A DNA stretch of 64,000 bases from Basidiobolus meristosporus CBS 931.73. Taxonomy: Eukaryota; Fungi; Basidiobolomycota. The notes beneath the pieces were generated by a model that had not been told where the DNA came from, searched no databases, and worked only from the letters and a program-made list of their open reading frames with translations. Below are positions 50,860 to 62,871 of the stretch, one piece after another. Within the stretch, counting starts at the first letter, position 1; each line of letters begins with the position of its first letter. The stretch lies in NCBI GenBank assembly GCA_002104905.1, contig MCFE01000050.1, forward strand, positions 62,001 through 126,000. The letters are read 5' to 3'. A program made the position numbers and the translations under genes.

Positions 50860-53800
50860 GCACATACTTGGAAAACATGTATGTTACCAGCAATACATGG
50901 TATATGGCAACTTTACAAGTATTGCATCACAAAGCTGTATAGTTGATGTCATAGAAGTATGTCAATTGCAGCAGGTGTGCATATTTGCTGAGGATAGTAA
51001 GCAGGAGGCCATAGTATTTTTTGATTCAAACTATATGTGGAATACCCAAAATTTTAGTGGGTAAGCAAATAGAGAGGGGTAATTCTACAGTAAATAATAT
51101 GAATGCACAAGGGGAGGTAGATAAAGGATATACCATTTGGTATATTGGTATGGCAGCATTATGCAGAACTAGCTGGAAATTGCCATACTGCCACAATAAT
51201 GCCATTAGAGGCTTGCAAAGAGGCTGTCAAAACACCATTAAGATTCTTACCATATAAGACAATTGGATGCACTGGCTGATTAGATGCACTCAGGTAGTTG
51301 TAGAGCATACTAAAACTGTCACAATGCCATCCTACCCTTGATAAAATATCAAACAGACACTGTCATGTTTTCAGCTTAAATTAGCCAAATGTCATTGTGA
51401 TCCCATCAAAAGTTTGTGTTGATGGTCATTTATTTCCAGCTGCTTGTATTAGAGCAGTTACCTGACAGGATCTTGACAGCTGACCTGGATTGAATCCACC
51501 TGTGGGACCAAGTCATTAATTATAGGGGTATTGTTGTGATGAAAAATCTTAGTCAAGTGTTACAAGTCTTGGTATGAGAGTTGTAGAGGAATAGGGAGTT
51601 TAGCTAGTATTGTATTCACTAAAACTTGAACTGATTTTTATTGAGGTTCCAACAGCTCCTTATATACACTCTGCCAGATCTATTGCTGACTAATTGTATT
51701 TCCTAATGTAGGTTGTGGCTGATGACTCATTTGATTGCATCATCATCACCCAATAAGATCTTGCTTAATTTATCTATATCTGTCTGATAAGGATTTTCTG
51801 ATTCATTTGCTGACTAATGCTACTGATTTCATAGATAATACTGATATACTGATAATCTAAATATATACTAATTGATTTGACCAAAAACTGATCTAACTTA
51901 AACATTCAAGCAGCAGATCATAACACAAGTATCTTGTGAAATCTGCAGTGCAATTATCTTTCAACAGTTCTTGCATGGTGTCCTGACGGGATCTACACCT
52001 CTTGGTCACAGGGCTATAGTTTTGTGATGGGCTTTTGATAAGATTATCACAATTAGTTCCTGCAAGTATAGTTTAGTTCCTGCAGGTATTAAGTTTGATC
52101 CAGGTGGATTTGACTATATTATTCTCATATAGTTGAATATTTTGAACCAATAATGTTATATAGATTCCTGTGCTCACACACACCATGGTCCTGATTGCAA
52201 CAAAGCTCTGAACTCTCTGTCAGAGGAGTTATCCCTGGGCCATCAGCAGAAATATAAAGTGAAGAAAGTTATGATATGGAAGCAGTAATAGACAAATTGC
52301 TTTTGTTTGCAAACATATCTACCTCACTGGAGTGTAGTACAACTTGCTGAGCTTCCAACTCTTGGAAAACAGCCTTTATCTTGTTGGTGTTTCTTCTTGG
52401 CTATGAAGGGATCAACCTTGTTCTGGGCTGTCAGCATCAGGTTGCAAGAACTGCAGCTTTTTCCCACGCTTTGCTGTCTGTGGATTTGGTTGACTTTTTC
52501 TCTTTACTGTTACCTTTGTCACTGCCAAGTCCTTCCTGCTACTTTAACTGAGTGTCTCTTGTATTGTATTTTGCTTTTACCTTGATGAATGCTGCACTGA
52601 GGCATCCATTTTGCCTACTTGTCCCTTGCTGGCACTCTCCCAGCAGTACAAAGCTTCTTTGCCACAAGCTTGAAACCTTCTGCCATGCTTGTGATAGGCT
52701 TCTGGGAACTATGCAGGCTTTTCTCACTCTCAGGTCCTTCACTGCTACTATGACTGAGTGCTTCTTATATTAAAATTTGCTTTTACATTGATGCATGCTG
52801 CACTAATGCATCTGTTTATGCTTGCCTGTCTCTCACTGGCACTCTTCTGGCTACCAAATTTTTTTACTGCTTGGTTGCAGCTTTCAGCCCTGCTTGTGAC
52901 AAGCTTCTAGGGAGTCTGTTGCTTTTTAGCCATGGCATGCTTGTTCTTCTGACTTTGATAGTTTCTGCTACTACTGAGATGCTTTCTTAGCATGCCAATG
53001 CTGGCCCAAAGTCTGTTTGCTTGCTTAAATCTAGGATAATGCTCATAGAATAGATCAAGTGAATTCTACATGGCATTGAGTTCCTGATGGTCCCATGGCG
53101 TGTTAGTCTCAGGTGATGATATGCTAGACTTCTAACAGCCTCTTGAAAAACAGCCTACTGCTCATCATTAAAGTCAATGTCTTCACTGCTCTTCAGTGTC
53201 TTTTGATTTTTAGGCTTGTGTACAAACACCACAGCCTCTCACCCTCATGCTGTGATAGGTTTTTCTGAGGGCTTTATCTTCAAGTACTGTTGTGTGGGTC
53301 AAGGACTGTACAGTGTTTCTCAGCTGTTACATTGTGAAATAGTTCCATTCATGGCTGTGACATTGAGCTACTTGAGTTCCATCTTTGCAGCAAGGATGCT
53401 GTGTTCCCCCTGGGATATTGATTACTCTACACATCATATCTCCTGATCCTATTTCTAGACTATTCCCTGATTTTGCTGGGCTATTGCATCTATACTACCA
53501 GTTACTGCTCCTAATTGCCTCATTAATGCCTTTGTATGACCTGACAGCATACTCACTAATATGGGTGGTGGTGATGTTATGATGGCTACTTGATGATCTT
53601 CAACCAGTGGTAATACACTTACTACATTGTCATATGCCTGAGCATTATGGTCAGCTTATGGCTTGGCAGAGATTCTCACTTGCCTACTTCACTGGGAGCC
53701 TGAGGAGTTCCCATTATTACCTTCATTGGGCACACTTTCAACATGGTTTTTTTTGGATGTAGCCCTGCTTGTAGAGCAAATACCAAAGTAAGCTGTAGTC

Positions 53801-55030
53801 CAATTGCTCTGCTGTTGCTGCTGATAGTGGGGTTTAGTTGGAAACTGGACAACTTTGCTTTGTTTTCTAGTGGTATATATATAAAAGTGAGTCAAGCCTA
53901 TGGGGAAATAGCATTAAATATACATGTGTATATGGTGCCACAACTTTATTTGTAAATGCCATCTTGACACATCTACAACTTTTATTTAAGGAGTTTATGA
54001 TGGGACCTGAGGGGTAGTACTACAAGACTAAAGATGAATGTGTAGATCTCTGCCCCTACTGTACCCATTCTCTACTCCATGCTGCTTGGTGTGCCAGAAA
54101 TGTTGGACTTGCTTCATCTTTTGGGGGTTTTCTATAGAGCAGATAAGTGGGATATACAATGACAAGTCAAGTTGCAGGTACTACCATATTCCAATCTTGT
54201 CAAGAATATTATCATCCAGTCCATCATGGATGTGATGAGTTGGCACATGGAGGTCAGCTGTGAAGCATTGGAAAATACTGAGGACAGATGCACACATGGA
54301 GATACCTATGCCTTTGGCATTAAAAATCTAAGCAGCCCCAAAGTAGTAACTAAGTACATGTTTGCAAGATCTATATGTCACCAGTAATACAAGGCCTATG
54401 GCAACTTTGCAAGTATCACACTAAAAAGCCGTAAAGTTGAGATAATCAAAGTGCGTCAATTGCTGTAGGTATGAACATATGCAGAGGTTAGTAAGCAGGA
54501 AGCCATATTTTTTTGGTTCAAATTATATGTTAAAAACCCAACATAGTTATGGGTTAGCATATAAAGAGTGGTAATTATACAGTGGTAATATGTATGACTC
54601 AAGGGGAGGTAGAAAATGAAAATACCCATTGGTAAATTGGTATGGTAGCATTATACAGAACTAGCTGTAGGTTGCTGTACTGCCATTATAATATCTGTAG
54701 CCATTTGCAATGAGGCCATCAGAGCACCATAAAGTTTCTTGCAATATAAGGCAATTGAATATATTGGCTGGTTAGGTCCACTCAAATATATGTAGAGCTT
54801 ATTGAGACCATTGGAATACCAAGCAATTTATGTCAAAAAACCTCTTGAACACCATCAAGCTTTTGACTTTATTTGGCAGTAAAAACAGCAAAATGCCACT
54901 ACAATCCTGGCATGCAATTGAGTGGAGGGTCAGTATTCCCAGCTGCTGGCATTGCAATGGACTCATTGCACAATCACAATGGCTGACCCAGATTGGATCC
55001 ACCAGTGGGACCTAATTATATTTAATAGGG
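50860..55030 (+). mobile_element. Stack of degenerate CACTA-like fragments: transposase-side end 50860-51527, reversed accessory-side end ~51528-52050, internally deleted copy ~52260-55030
   Basis: Degenerate right termini TTATAGGG (51527) and TAATAGGG (55030); transposase C-terminal peptides (EAIVFFDSNYMWNT; LQVLPYSNL); accessory-ORF similarity at 52260-53750. Confidence 0.7.
51558..51925 (-). repeat. Solo LTR of family C
   Basis: TGTTACA...CATAACA, 368 bp, perfect TSD CAAG. Confidence 0.93.
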
Positions 55031-55851
55031 TCTTTTAGGGTGAATATCACTTCTAGAAAAGAGCCAATGTCTATTTTGCAATTATATTCTGATAAGACAA
55101 AAGCAGCTGTATCAGTCCAAGTCTGCAGAAGCACCCTAAAAGTAGCTACCAAACAACCTATGGTATAGTCTGATACCATACTGGGTAAATCAAGAAGCAT
55201 ATAGACTTTGAGTCTAATATAAAATAAGCAAATGTGAAAGAAAGTCATTGCTACCCAAGGAAGAGAAAGTTGACTATTTTAGATCATTTTTGTTTATCTG
55301 AATCACTTAACAGATATGGTACATGTGGAAGTAGATCATCCTGGCTCAGTGTTGAGCAAAAACCTCTTTTTGTCATGATATATGCCCCATAGTGCCTGGA
55401 AATGGTAAAACTCCAGATCAGGCATAAATAACTAAACCTGAGCTTGGCCCATGGTAGGTTTGTGCTTTTTACCTTTTATAGTTTCTTTATAATGGAAGTA
55501 ACTGTCCCTGAATCCAGCATGGACATGCAGTGACATTGTCTAAGTAGTTAGACTATTGTCTGGAAATAAGGAAACTCCAGCTCAGCCATAAATGACTGTT
55601 AGACTCAGCATATTAGTTAAGCCTGTGCAAGTGATCAAAGATGCTGATTAGTATTACAATTGAATCATTCTGATTTTTAGGCATACTACTAGTAGGTATG
55701 CACATTGAATCACAAGCTACTTGTGAGTTTTTTGAACACAAATACATATATTGTTGGATAAAATATTAGTTCAGTAACAAACACAGTTAAGCACTACATG
55801 CTTATTACAGATTGCAAACTCTAGATATGTATTTATTACTTACAAATATTT

Positions 55852-57790
55852 TGTTGAGTGGAAGTGCTTTAATTATTTAGAAGTCCTCAAAATATTCATG
55901 CTAACTTAGTCACATATATCCAATTGTGTAATTAGCATTTGGTCCTGACCAGATTTCATGTTGGTATTGACTTGGAATATTATCACCAAATTATCTGGTG
56001 CTCAGATTATGACCTTTGTCAAACTTGTCCAAGAGGCCCCAAACTCTGCACACATATTCTTGGAGTCTTCCTTAGCAACCCCGCATGTTTGTTTTCTTAC
56101 TTTGTCAAAAGTACAAACAATATACTTTTGATCAATAAATCTACAAGTGAGTAACATGCAAATCCTCTAGTTCTTAGCATCACTTCCAACACTTCTCAGA
56201 ATAGTGCAACACCCTGAAGGGGATATACCTTGACTAGGTCAAAACTTGATGCAGTCAAGAGTTCTTGGCGCCATCTGGAAGCCCACACTTTCTTTACCCA
56301 CTCATAATTGGCAGTCTGATGTATATCAGGTAAGGCACATGTTCTCATATCTTGTATTCAATGGGAATTTTCAGCCAGTATAACCACAACTATGGATCCA
56401 AACATATTGCAGTAGTTGAACAGATTTTTAGACACTTAAAAGGAACTGCTGATATCTGCCTAAGATACACCTATAAGTATTTGGTATAGGATCTAGTGGG
56501 ATATTCTGATGCTAATTGGGGACAAAATTTAGCTGACAGTAGATCCACTTCAGGATGCACCTTTGCTCACTGTAAAGGTGTATATCATGGAACTCAAGAA
56601 GGCAACCAACCATAGCACTTTTTAACCACAGAGACAAAGTACATGGCAGCTTGTGAGGCTACAAAAGAAGCAATGAGGCTAAGAAAGCTTTTCAAAGACA
56701 TGGGTTATTGTCAAAAAGCTCCTACTATACTATATCAGGATAATCAAGGATGTAATCCAACTTCTCATAATTGAACCAAGCATATAGATACTAGAGATTA
56801 TACTTTAAGCTATAGACAATTACTTGGTCAGCTTAGCCTACTGTCCTGCTGAAGAAATGATTGCAGACTTATTTACAAAACCACTAGCTGGACACAAACT
56901 TGAATACCTCAGACCACATTTAGGGTGACTTAACATGAGCATTTGGTTGCATGGAAGTGCAGTAGCTATTGCAGTTACATCTAAATATTCACCTAACATA
57001 GTAGCTTAGATTATTGCCTACAAATCTTACAGAATACTGATCAAATTTCATGTTGGGATTTATTTAGAGAATTTCACCAAAACTATAGGTACTCATAACA
57101 TGAAAATTTGATAAGTTGTCCAATGGGCCCCAAATTTTGCACTCATGCTCTTGGGAGCATCCTGAGGCTATTGTGTGTGGTTGCAATGCCAAGACTATGT
57201 AAAAGTATAAATACTACTTTTACATTCAATCAATCATTAAGTAAAAACCACATAATCCACTTCTTCTCCCAATCACTTCCAATATCCCCAAGACTCTCAT
57301 AACAGGTTTTGAGCCCCAAGCTGTCACTCTCTGCAATGTCTACTACTGCTATTACTGGAATTTTTCCCTCTGCTGAAAAGTTGGATGGCTCTAACTACCA
57401 AGTGTGGAAGGTGAAGATGAAGATGCTGCTACAAGAAAGAGGCCTTTGGGATATTGTCATGGGAGAAGAATGTTATCTTAAAATCACCCTTACAACAGGT
57501 TATGAGCCCTGAGCTGTCACTCTCTGCAATGTCTACTACTGCTATTACTGGAATTTTTCCCTCTGCTGAAAAGTTGGATGGCTCTAACTACCAGGTGTGA
57601 AAGGTGAAGATGAAGATGCTGCTACAAGAAAGAGGCCATTGGGATATTGCGATGGGAGAAGAATTCTCTCCTAAAAGCATGGATGAGGAAGCCTTAAAGT
57701 ACTAGAAGAAAGAACAATATGCCTTTAGCTGCATATGCCTTAATGTTAAGGACAAATTGCTAATTTAATGCTCAAGAGCAAAAACAGTAA
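55852..57790 (+). mobile_element. Copia relics: old LTR 55852-56211, RT/RNase H tail ~56300-56950, LTR 56958-57304, then two successive PBS-plus-gag starts
   Basis: GYSDANWG-like and KPLA motifs; PBS at 57305-57316 and 57498-57509, each followed by MSTTAITGIFPSAEKLDGSNYQV. Confidence 0.82.
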
Positions 57791-57796
57791 GAAATG

Positions 57797-59935
57797 CTCC
57801 TTGTTGGAATTTGCGCAGAATTCTTTCACAAGGTTATCAGGAACCCAAAGCCTGAAATATCTGAAAGTTGCCCATGCAGCTCAATGCTTTAAATGTTTGT
57901 GCTTGAGGCCTTTCTGAGCATACTCTAGATGTTTGCTCTGCCAAGACCATATCAAAGTAATATATCTTCACTTGCATTCAATAAATGCTCAAGTGAAGGC
58001 ACATTATCTGCTTGTTCTCCCAATTGCTTCAAGTATCTCCAAATTTGTAACAACACCTTATCCTTTCTTCCGGTAGTTTAAGGATTCTTCTCCAACATCT
58101 TTAGAAGGTATTTTTTCTCCATAACAGTATCCTAGAGGACTATTTCCTGCAACAGCATCTTGATCTTCACTTTGCAGACTTGGCTCTAATTGTTGTAAGA
58201 GTCTTGGAGATATTGGAAGTGATTGGGAGGACAAGTTGATTATGTAGTTTTCATTTAATGCTTAATTGGATGCAAAAGTAGTATATACTTTTACATGGTC
58301 TTGGCCTAACAAACACATAGAATAGGTTGAGAAAGGGCTTAAGAACATGTGTAAGGTTTGGGGTTCTTTGGATAACTTTGAGAATTCTCATGTTCTGGGC
58401 ACTTGGTATTTTGGTGAAAATATTTCAAGTAAACCCTCACAAGGAACTTGGTCAGTATTCTCTAGGATTTGAAGGTAATGATCTAAGTAACTAAGTTAGG
58501 TGCATACTTAGGTGGAGCTACAAATCTTTACAACACTTCCACTCAGCTAAACGTTCATACTGACTAGTCCTAATTTTGACCTAAGATATTCAAGCTTGAC
58601 TCTAGCTAATGGTCTGGTAATATGTCTACAATAATTTCATCTCAAGGACAGAGAACTAAGATAACTAAGTTATTCTTTATAGCTTCATGTATAAAATGAT
58701 GTCTAATATCTATGTTCTTAGTTCTAGCATGAAAAGTTGGAAATCTATCTAGTTGTATACATCCTTGATTATCTTGAAATGAGGTGATAGGTGTTTTTTG
58801 ACATAGGTCTAAATCTGTAAAAGCTTTCTAATCACATTGCTTCTTTTGTAGCTTCTCAGGTGGGCATATACTCTGCTTCTGTGGTAGAAAGTGCTATGGT
58901 TGGGTGCTTTCTTAAATTCCAAGAAATTGCTCCTTTACAGTAAAGAAAGGTGTGTCCTGTGGTGGATCATCTGACTTCCAAATTTCATCCCCAATCTACA
59001 TCTGAGTATCCTGCAAGATCCTGTTTGAAACCCTTATAAGTGTATCTTAAGCAGGTATCAGCAGTTTCTTTTAGGTATCTAAAAATATGCTTAACTGCAG
59101 CAAAATGATCAGATCTATAGTTCTTATTATATTCACTGACAACCCCCACTGAATATGAGATATCTGGATGTGTTCCAAGCATAATATACATGGGACTGCC
59201 AAATATAGATTGATAAGGAAAGTCAGGACAATCAGATGGCACCAAGCTCTCTTGGTTTGGTTGAGTTTTGACCAAGTTAAGATTTGTCTCCATTGGGGTG
59301 GCTGCTGGTTTACAGTCATCCATTTAGTACTTCTTTAGTATATCTTGAGTATACTTGGATTGGTTTAGGGTGATAGTCTGGGTACTTCTGTCTATGGAGT
59401 GCTTAATCCATGAGCAGTAACTGAGTTCTCCCAGATATGACATCTTGAACTCCATACATAGGCTGGAATTAGTGTCTTCCAATGTTGATAGGTTATTGGC
59501 AGCTATAATAAGATCATCTACATATAGAGCTAATAGAACTGGATTTGCTCTATCTGGCTTATAGTATATACTAGAGTCAGCATTGCTCCTTTTGAAATTC
59601 AAAGACTCCAAATAAGAATCTATCTTGCAATTCCAGGCTTGTAGTGATTGTATGAGACATATAGAGGCTTTTTATGTTACAGACCAAATGGGGGTTATTT
59701 TGGTCAACAAACCCATCAGACTGATCCAAATTCACATACTCATGAAGTTCTCCATTCAAAAATGCAGCTTTTACATCCATTTGATGTATAAAAAATTTAT
59801 ATTTGGCTGCAATAGCCAATACCAATCTGATGGAATTAAACTTAGCTACCAGTGCAAAGGTCTCAGTATGGTCAAGTCCTTTTGTCTGAGAGTATCCTTT
59901 GGCCACAAGCCTTGCTTTGTATCTTTCAATTGAGC
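57797..59935 (-). mobile_element. Reversed Copia relic: RT/RNase H 58550-59935, LTR 58191-58535, degraded gag start beyond the LTR, plus a plus-strand LTR fragment ~57797-58043
   Basis: ORFs 59577-59906, 59324-59611 (LYVDDL) and 58985-59323 (YSDVDWG); LTR is the reverse complement of the Copia-1/2 LTR. Confidence 0.88.
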
Positions 59936-61599
59936 CATCAGTATTTTATTTTTTCCTAAAGTCACCCTATGAAAAATTATTGTAATGATCCCATCAGAAG
60001 GCCATCACAAAGTTAAAGTCCCATGAATAAGAGGTACTGATCCTGTCAGGACACTGTCCAGAGACTGTTGAACAATGATTACAACGCACATTTCACAAAA
60101 AACTTAGTCAAAATTTTTCATCACAACAATGTATAAGTGGCTTTTGATTGGTTCCTGGCTAATTTGCTCACATTCTGATTCTGGGCACTCTATCACCTCC
60201 TACATCTATGTGTATTGATTGGCTACTATCTTGTTTTCACACTTCTTACTTCCTGACTCAACAATTGCTCTTACTTTTCATGTGTACAAATTAATTTATT
60301 TCATTGAAACTTCAGTTGTACCTCAATTGGCAATTGTATTGACCTAGACAAGTCCCTATACCCTACACTAACATTAAGCCCAACCCCACACTCAACAAAT
60401 AACTCCATTCAAATCCACCACTCAGTAAGTATTTCTGCAGTAACACTATGGTTTCACAACTTTAGTGGGAACCCAATAGCTTTATGCCACTGTTCATTCA
60501 CTGGTTCCCACATGTCCTGGTCTTCAGCCAGCACTGCAAGGTCCAGCACATCATTTGCCAGTCTTTGCAATAAATTCTTGCAATACCAAGTGTGTCTTCT
60601 TTAGCACTACTCTTGAGGAAGTGCTGAAACCTCTTGATGTGCCTATTAATGTTCCAAAACTCCACTGAAGGCATTGTGATAGTCTTTTGAGCTCTTGACA
60701 TTGTAGCCTTGACTGTAAGTGGGATCTCCACTCTGTCAACAATGGAGGATATGGAGGCTTAGATAGACAAATTGCCTTTTTCTGCAAACTCATCTACCTT
60801 GCTGGACTGTAGCTCAACTGGCTGCACTCTCAAATCTTGTGAAAACAACTGCTTTCTTCTTGGTAATTCTTCATGGCTATGATGGAATTCAGTCTGTTCC
60901 AGGCTTGTGGCATTAATTGGCAAGAACTGCAGTTTTTTTTGCATTCCTCCCTGTCTCAGGCTTGGGTAACATTTCTCCCTTTACCTTTTCCTTTATCACT
61001 GCCGGGTCTCTCACTGCTACTTTGTCTGAGTGCTTCTTGTAACAAACTACATTTTCTCCTGGATAAGTTTGGCTCTGATGCATCTGTTTTGGCCTGCATG
61101 TCCCTTACTGGCACTCTTCTGGCAACCTGATGTTTCTTTTCTGCTTGTTTTGAGCTCTCAACTATGGTTGTCACAGGCTCTTGTAAAAGCTGCTGGTTTT
61201 TATCACTGCCAGGACCTTGACTACTACTTTGACAGAGTGCTTCTTCAGTGGTATTATGCTTTCTCCTTGATAAATGTTGTGCTGGTGCATCTGTGTTTGC
61301 CTGCTTGTCCCTAATTGGCACTCTTCCAGCTACCTGATGTCTCTTTGACACTTGTCTGGAGCTGGTGGCCCTGCTTGTAATGGGCTATTGAGTAAGCTGC
61401 TGATTTTAGCCATGGCACCCTTGTTCTTCTGCCTTTGATAGTTTCTGCTACTCTTAAGATACTTTCCTAGCATACTAATGCTGGCCCAAAATCTGTTTGC
61501 CCATTTGAATCCAGGATAATGGTCATGGAACAAGTCAAGTGCATTCTACTGGGCCATGAATTCCTGATGGTCCCATGGTATGGCAGCCTCAAGGTGATG

Positions 61600-62871
61600 T
61601 GTTGTGTTGTATTATGATTAGTTTGGGGCTTGTTCTCTAATGCAGAGGCTAATCAACAATATACAACAACTTCCAGTATGCTAATACTGAAATAGTGTAT
61701 TGGGAGTTTGATATACCAATAGAAGATATAACTTTCACTAATTTCCTCAATCTTAGGCTCAAAATATACTGTAGGCAGAGTTTATCACTTCTACAGCAGT
61801 GTTCTGACCTTCTATTGACTAATGGGCTTATTTACTTTTAGAGTAACTTTTCCTTATTTGGAAGTCACTTTCCTTTCTGAGAAAATATTTCCTAATATGG
61901 AAATTCTGAACTCTCCTTTAACCTAAAGGGATGTGTTATAGAAGTCTCTAAAGGGGTCTTTAGACCTAAAGGGGTGTCTAAAGGGGTGTCTTTAGAGTAA
62001 AGGGGCTTCTTGTAGTGGTCTCTAAAGTGGACTTTACACTAAAGGGGTGCCTAAAGGGTCTTCTTTAGTGTAAAGGGGCTTCTTAAAGGGGTCTCTAAAG
62101 GGGTCTTTACACTAAAGGGGTGCCTAAAGGGGTGTCTTTAGAGTAAAGGGGTGTCTAAAGGGGTGTCTTTAGAGTAAAGGGGTTTCTTAGAGGGGACTTT
62201 TCCAACAGAAAAGTGGTAGTTTCTTGTAGAACTTAGATTGGATTCTTGTGAGCTTTGCAGTCTCTTTACTGATGTAGTACCAATCAAAGTCAGAATACTC
62301 AACAGTGCAAGTGATGCAGGGGAAGTCTTATAACCTTTAAACTTGTAATTGTAGTGTGGAGATTCTGGAAAGAGAGGCTCTCTTTTTATTTTTCAGCTGG
62401 GGAAGTCATATATATGAAAATTTGAAGGATCAAAGTTTTTGGGCAATTGCGCAAGCAATACACGTGATACAAAGCTAAAATTTTGCAGTGGCGCAGATCG
62501 GACATAGGCGCAGCACCTGTGAGATTTTCACGTGATTTGATTGGCTGGTTTGAAAGTTACACGCGATCAAAGTCACCCTAGTAATCCTAGCAATAAGGCT
62601 TAGTATTTATAATAATTGGACTCTTTTGGTCATAACTCCTTAAGCACTGCTTCAAATGAGCTGTAATTTGAAACATGTGTTGGCTACTATGTGCTCTGTA
62701 TGACATAATATTCTTGGGTGGATTGCTTGTCAGGGTCTGGAGCATTTGCTCTTCAAAGTTGGAAATTCTTGATCTTTCACTTGTGTGTTACGATAGCAAA
62801 AGCAAAATAAAGAAATGAGTGCAATATTGGTTTAGAGATATTGTAGTAATGGAATACTTTCCATTACCACA
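61600..62871. mobile_element. 1272-bp TG...CA insertion with 4-bp TSD, probable solo LTR of a further family
   Basis: GATG|TGTTGTG...TTACCACA|GATG; removal restores the accessory ORF sequence seen at ~6660-6690; no ORF inside. Confidence 0.75.
61924..62195 (+). repeat. G-rich minisatellite built on TAAAGGGG
   Basis: About 16 copies of TAAAGGG(G) separated by short variable linkers, with recurring CTTTA-NNN-TAAAG palindromes. Confidence 0.92.

Noticed and set aside
55030-55850. LINE endonuclease remnant
   Set aside because: Only faint DY/DH-like peptide hints and no RT nearby; not supportable without a profile search.
61924-62195. CRISPR array or true telomere
   Set aside because: Units are 8-9 nt with short related linkers, not ~30-nt repeats with unique spacers; no cas genes; it is internal to a TSD-bounded insertion and is not TTAGGG.
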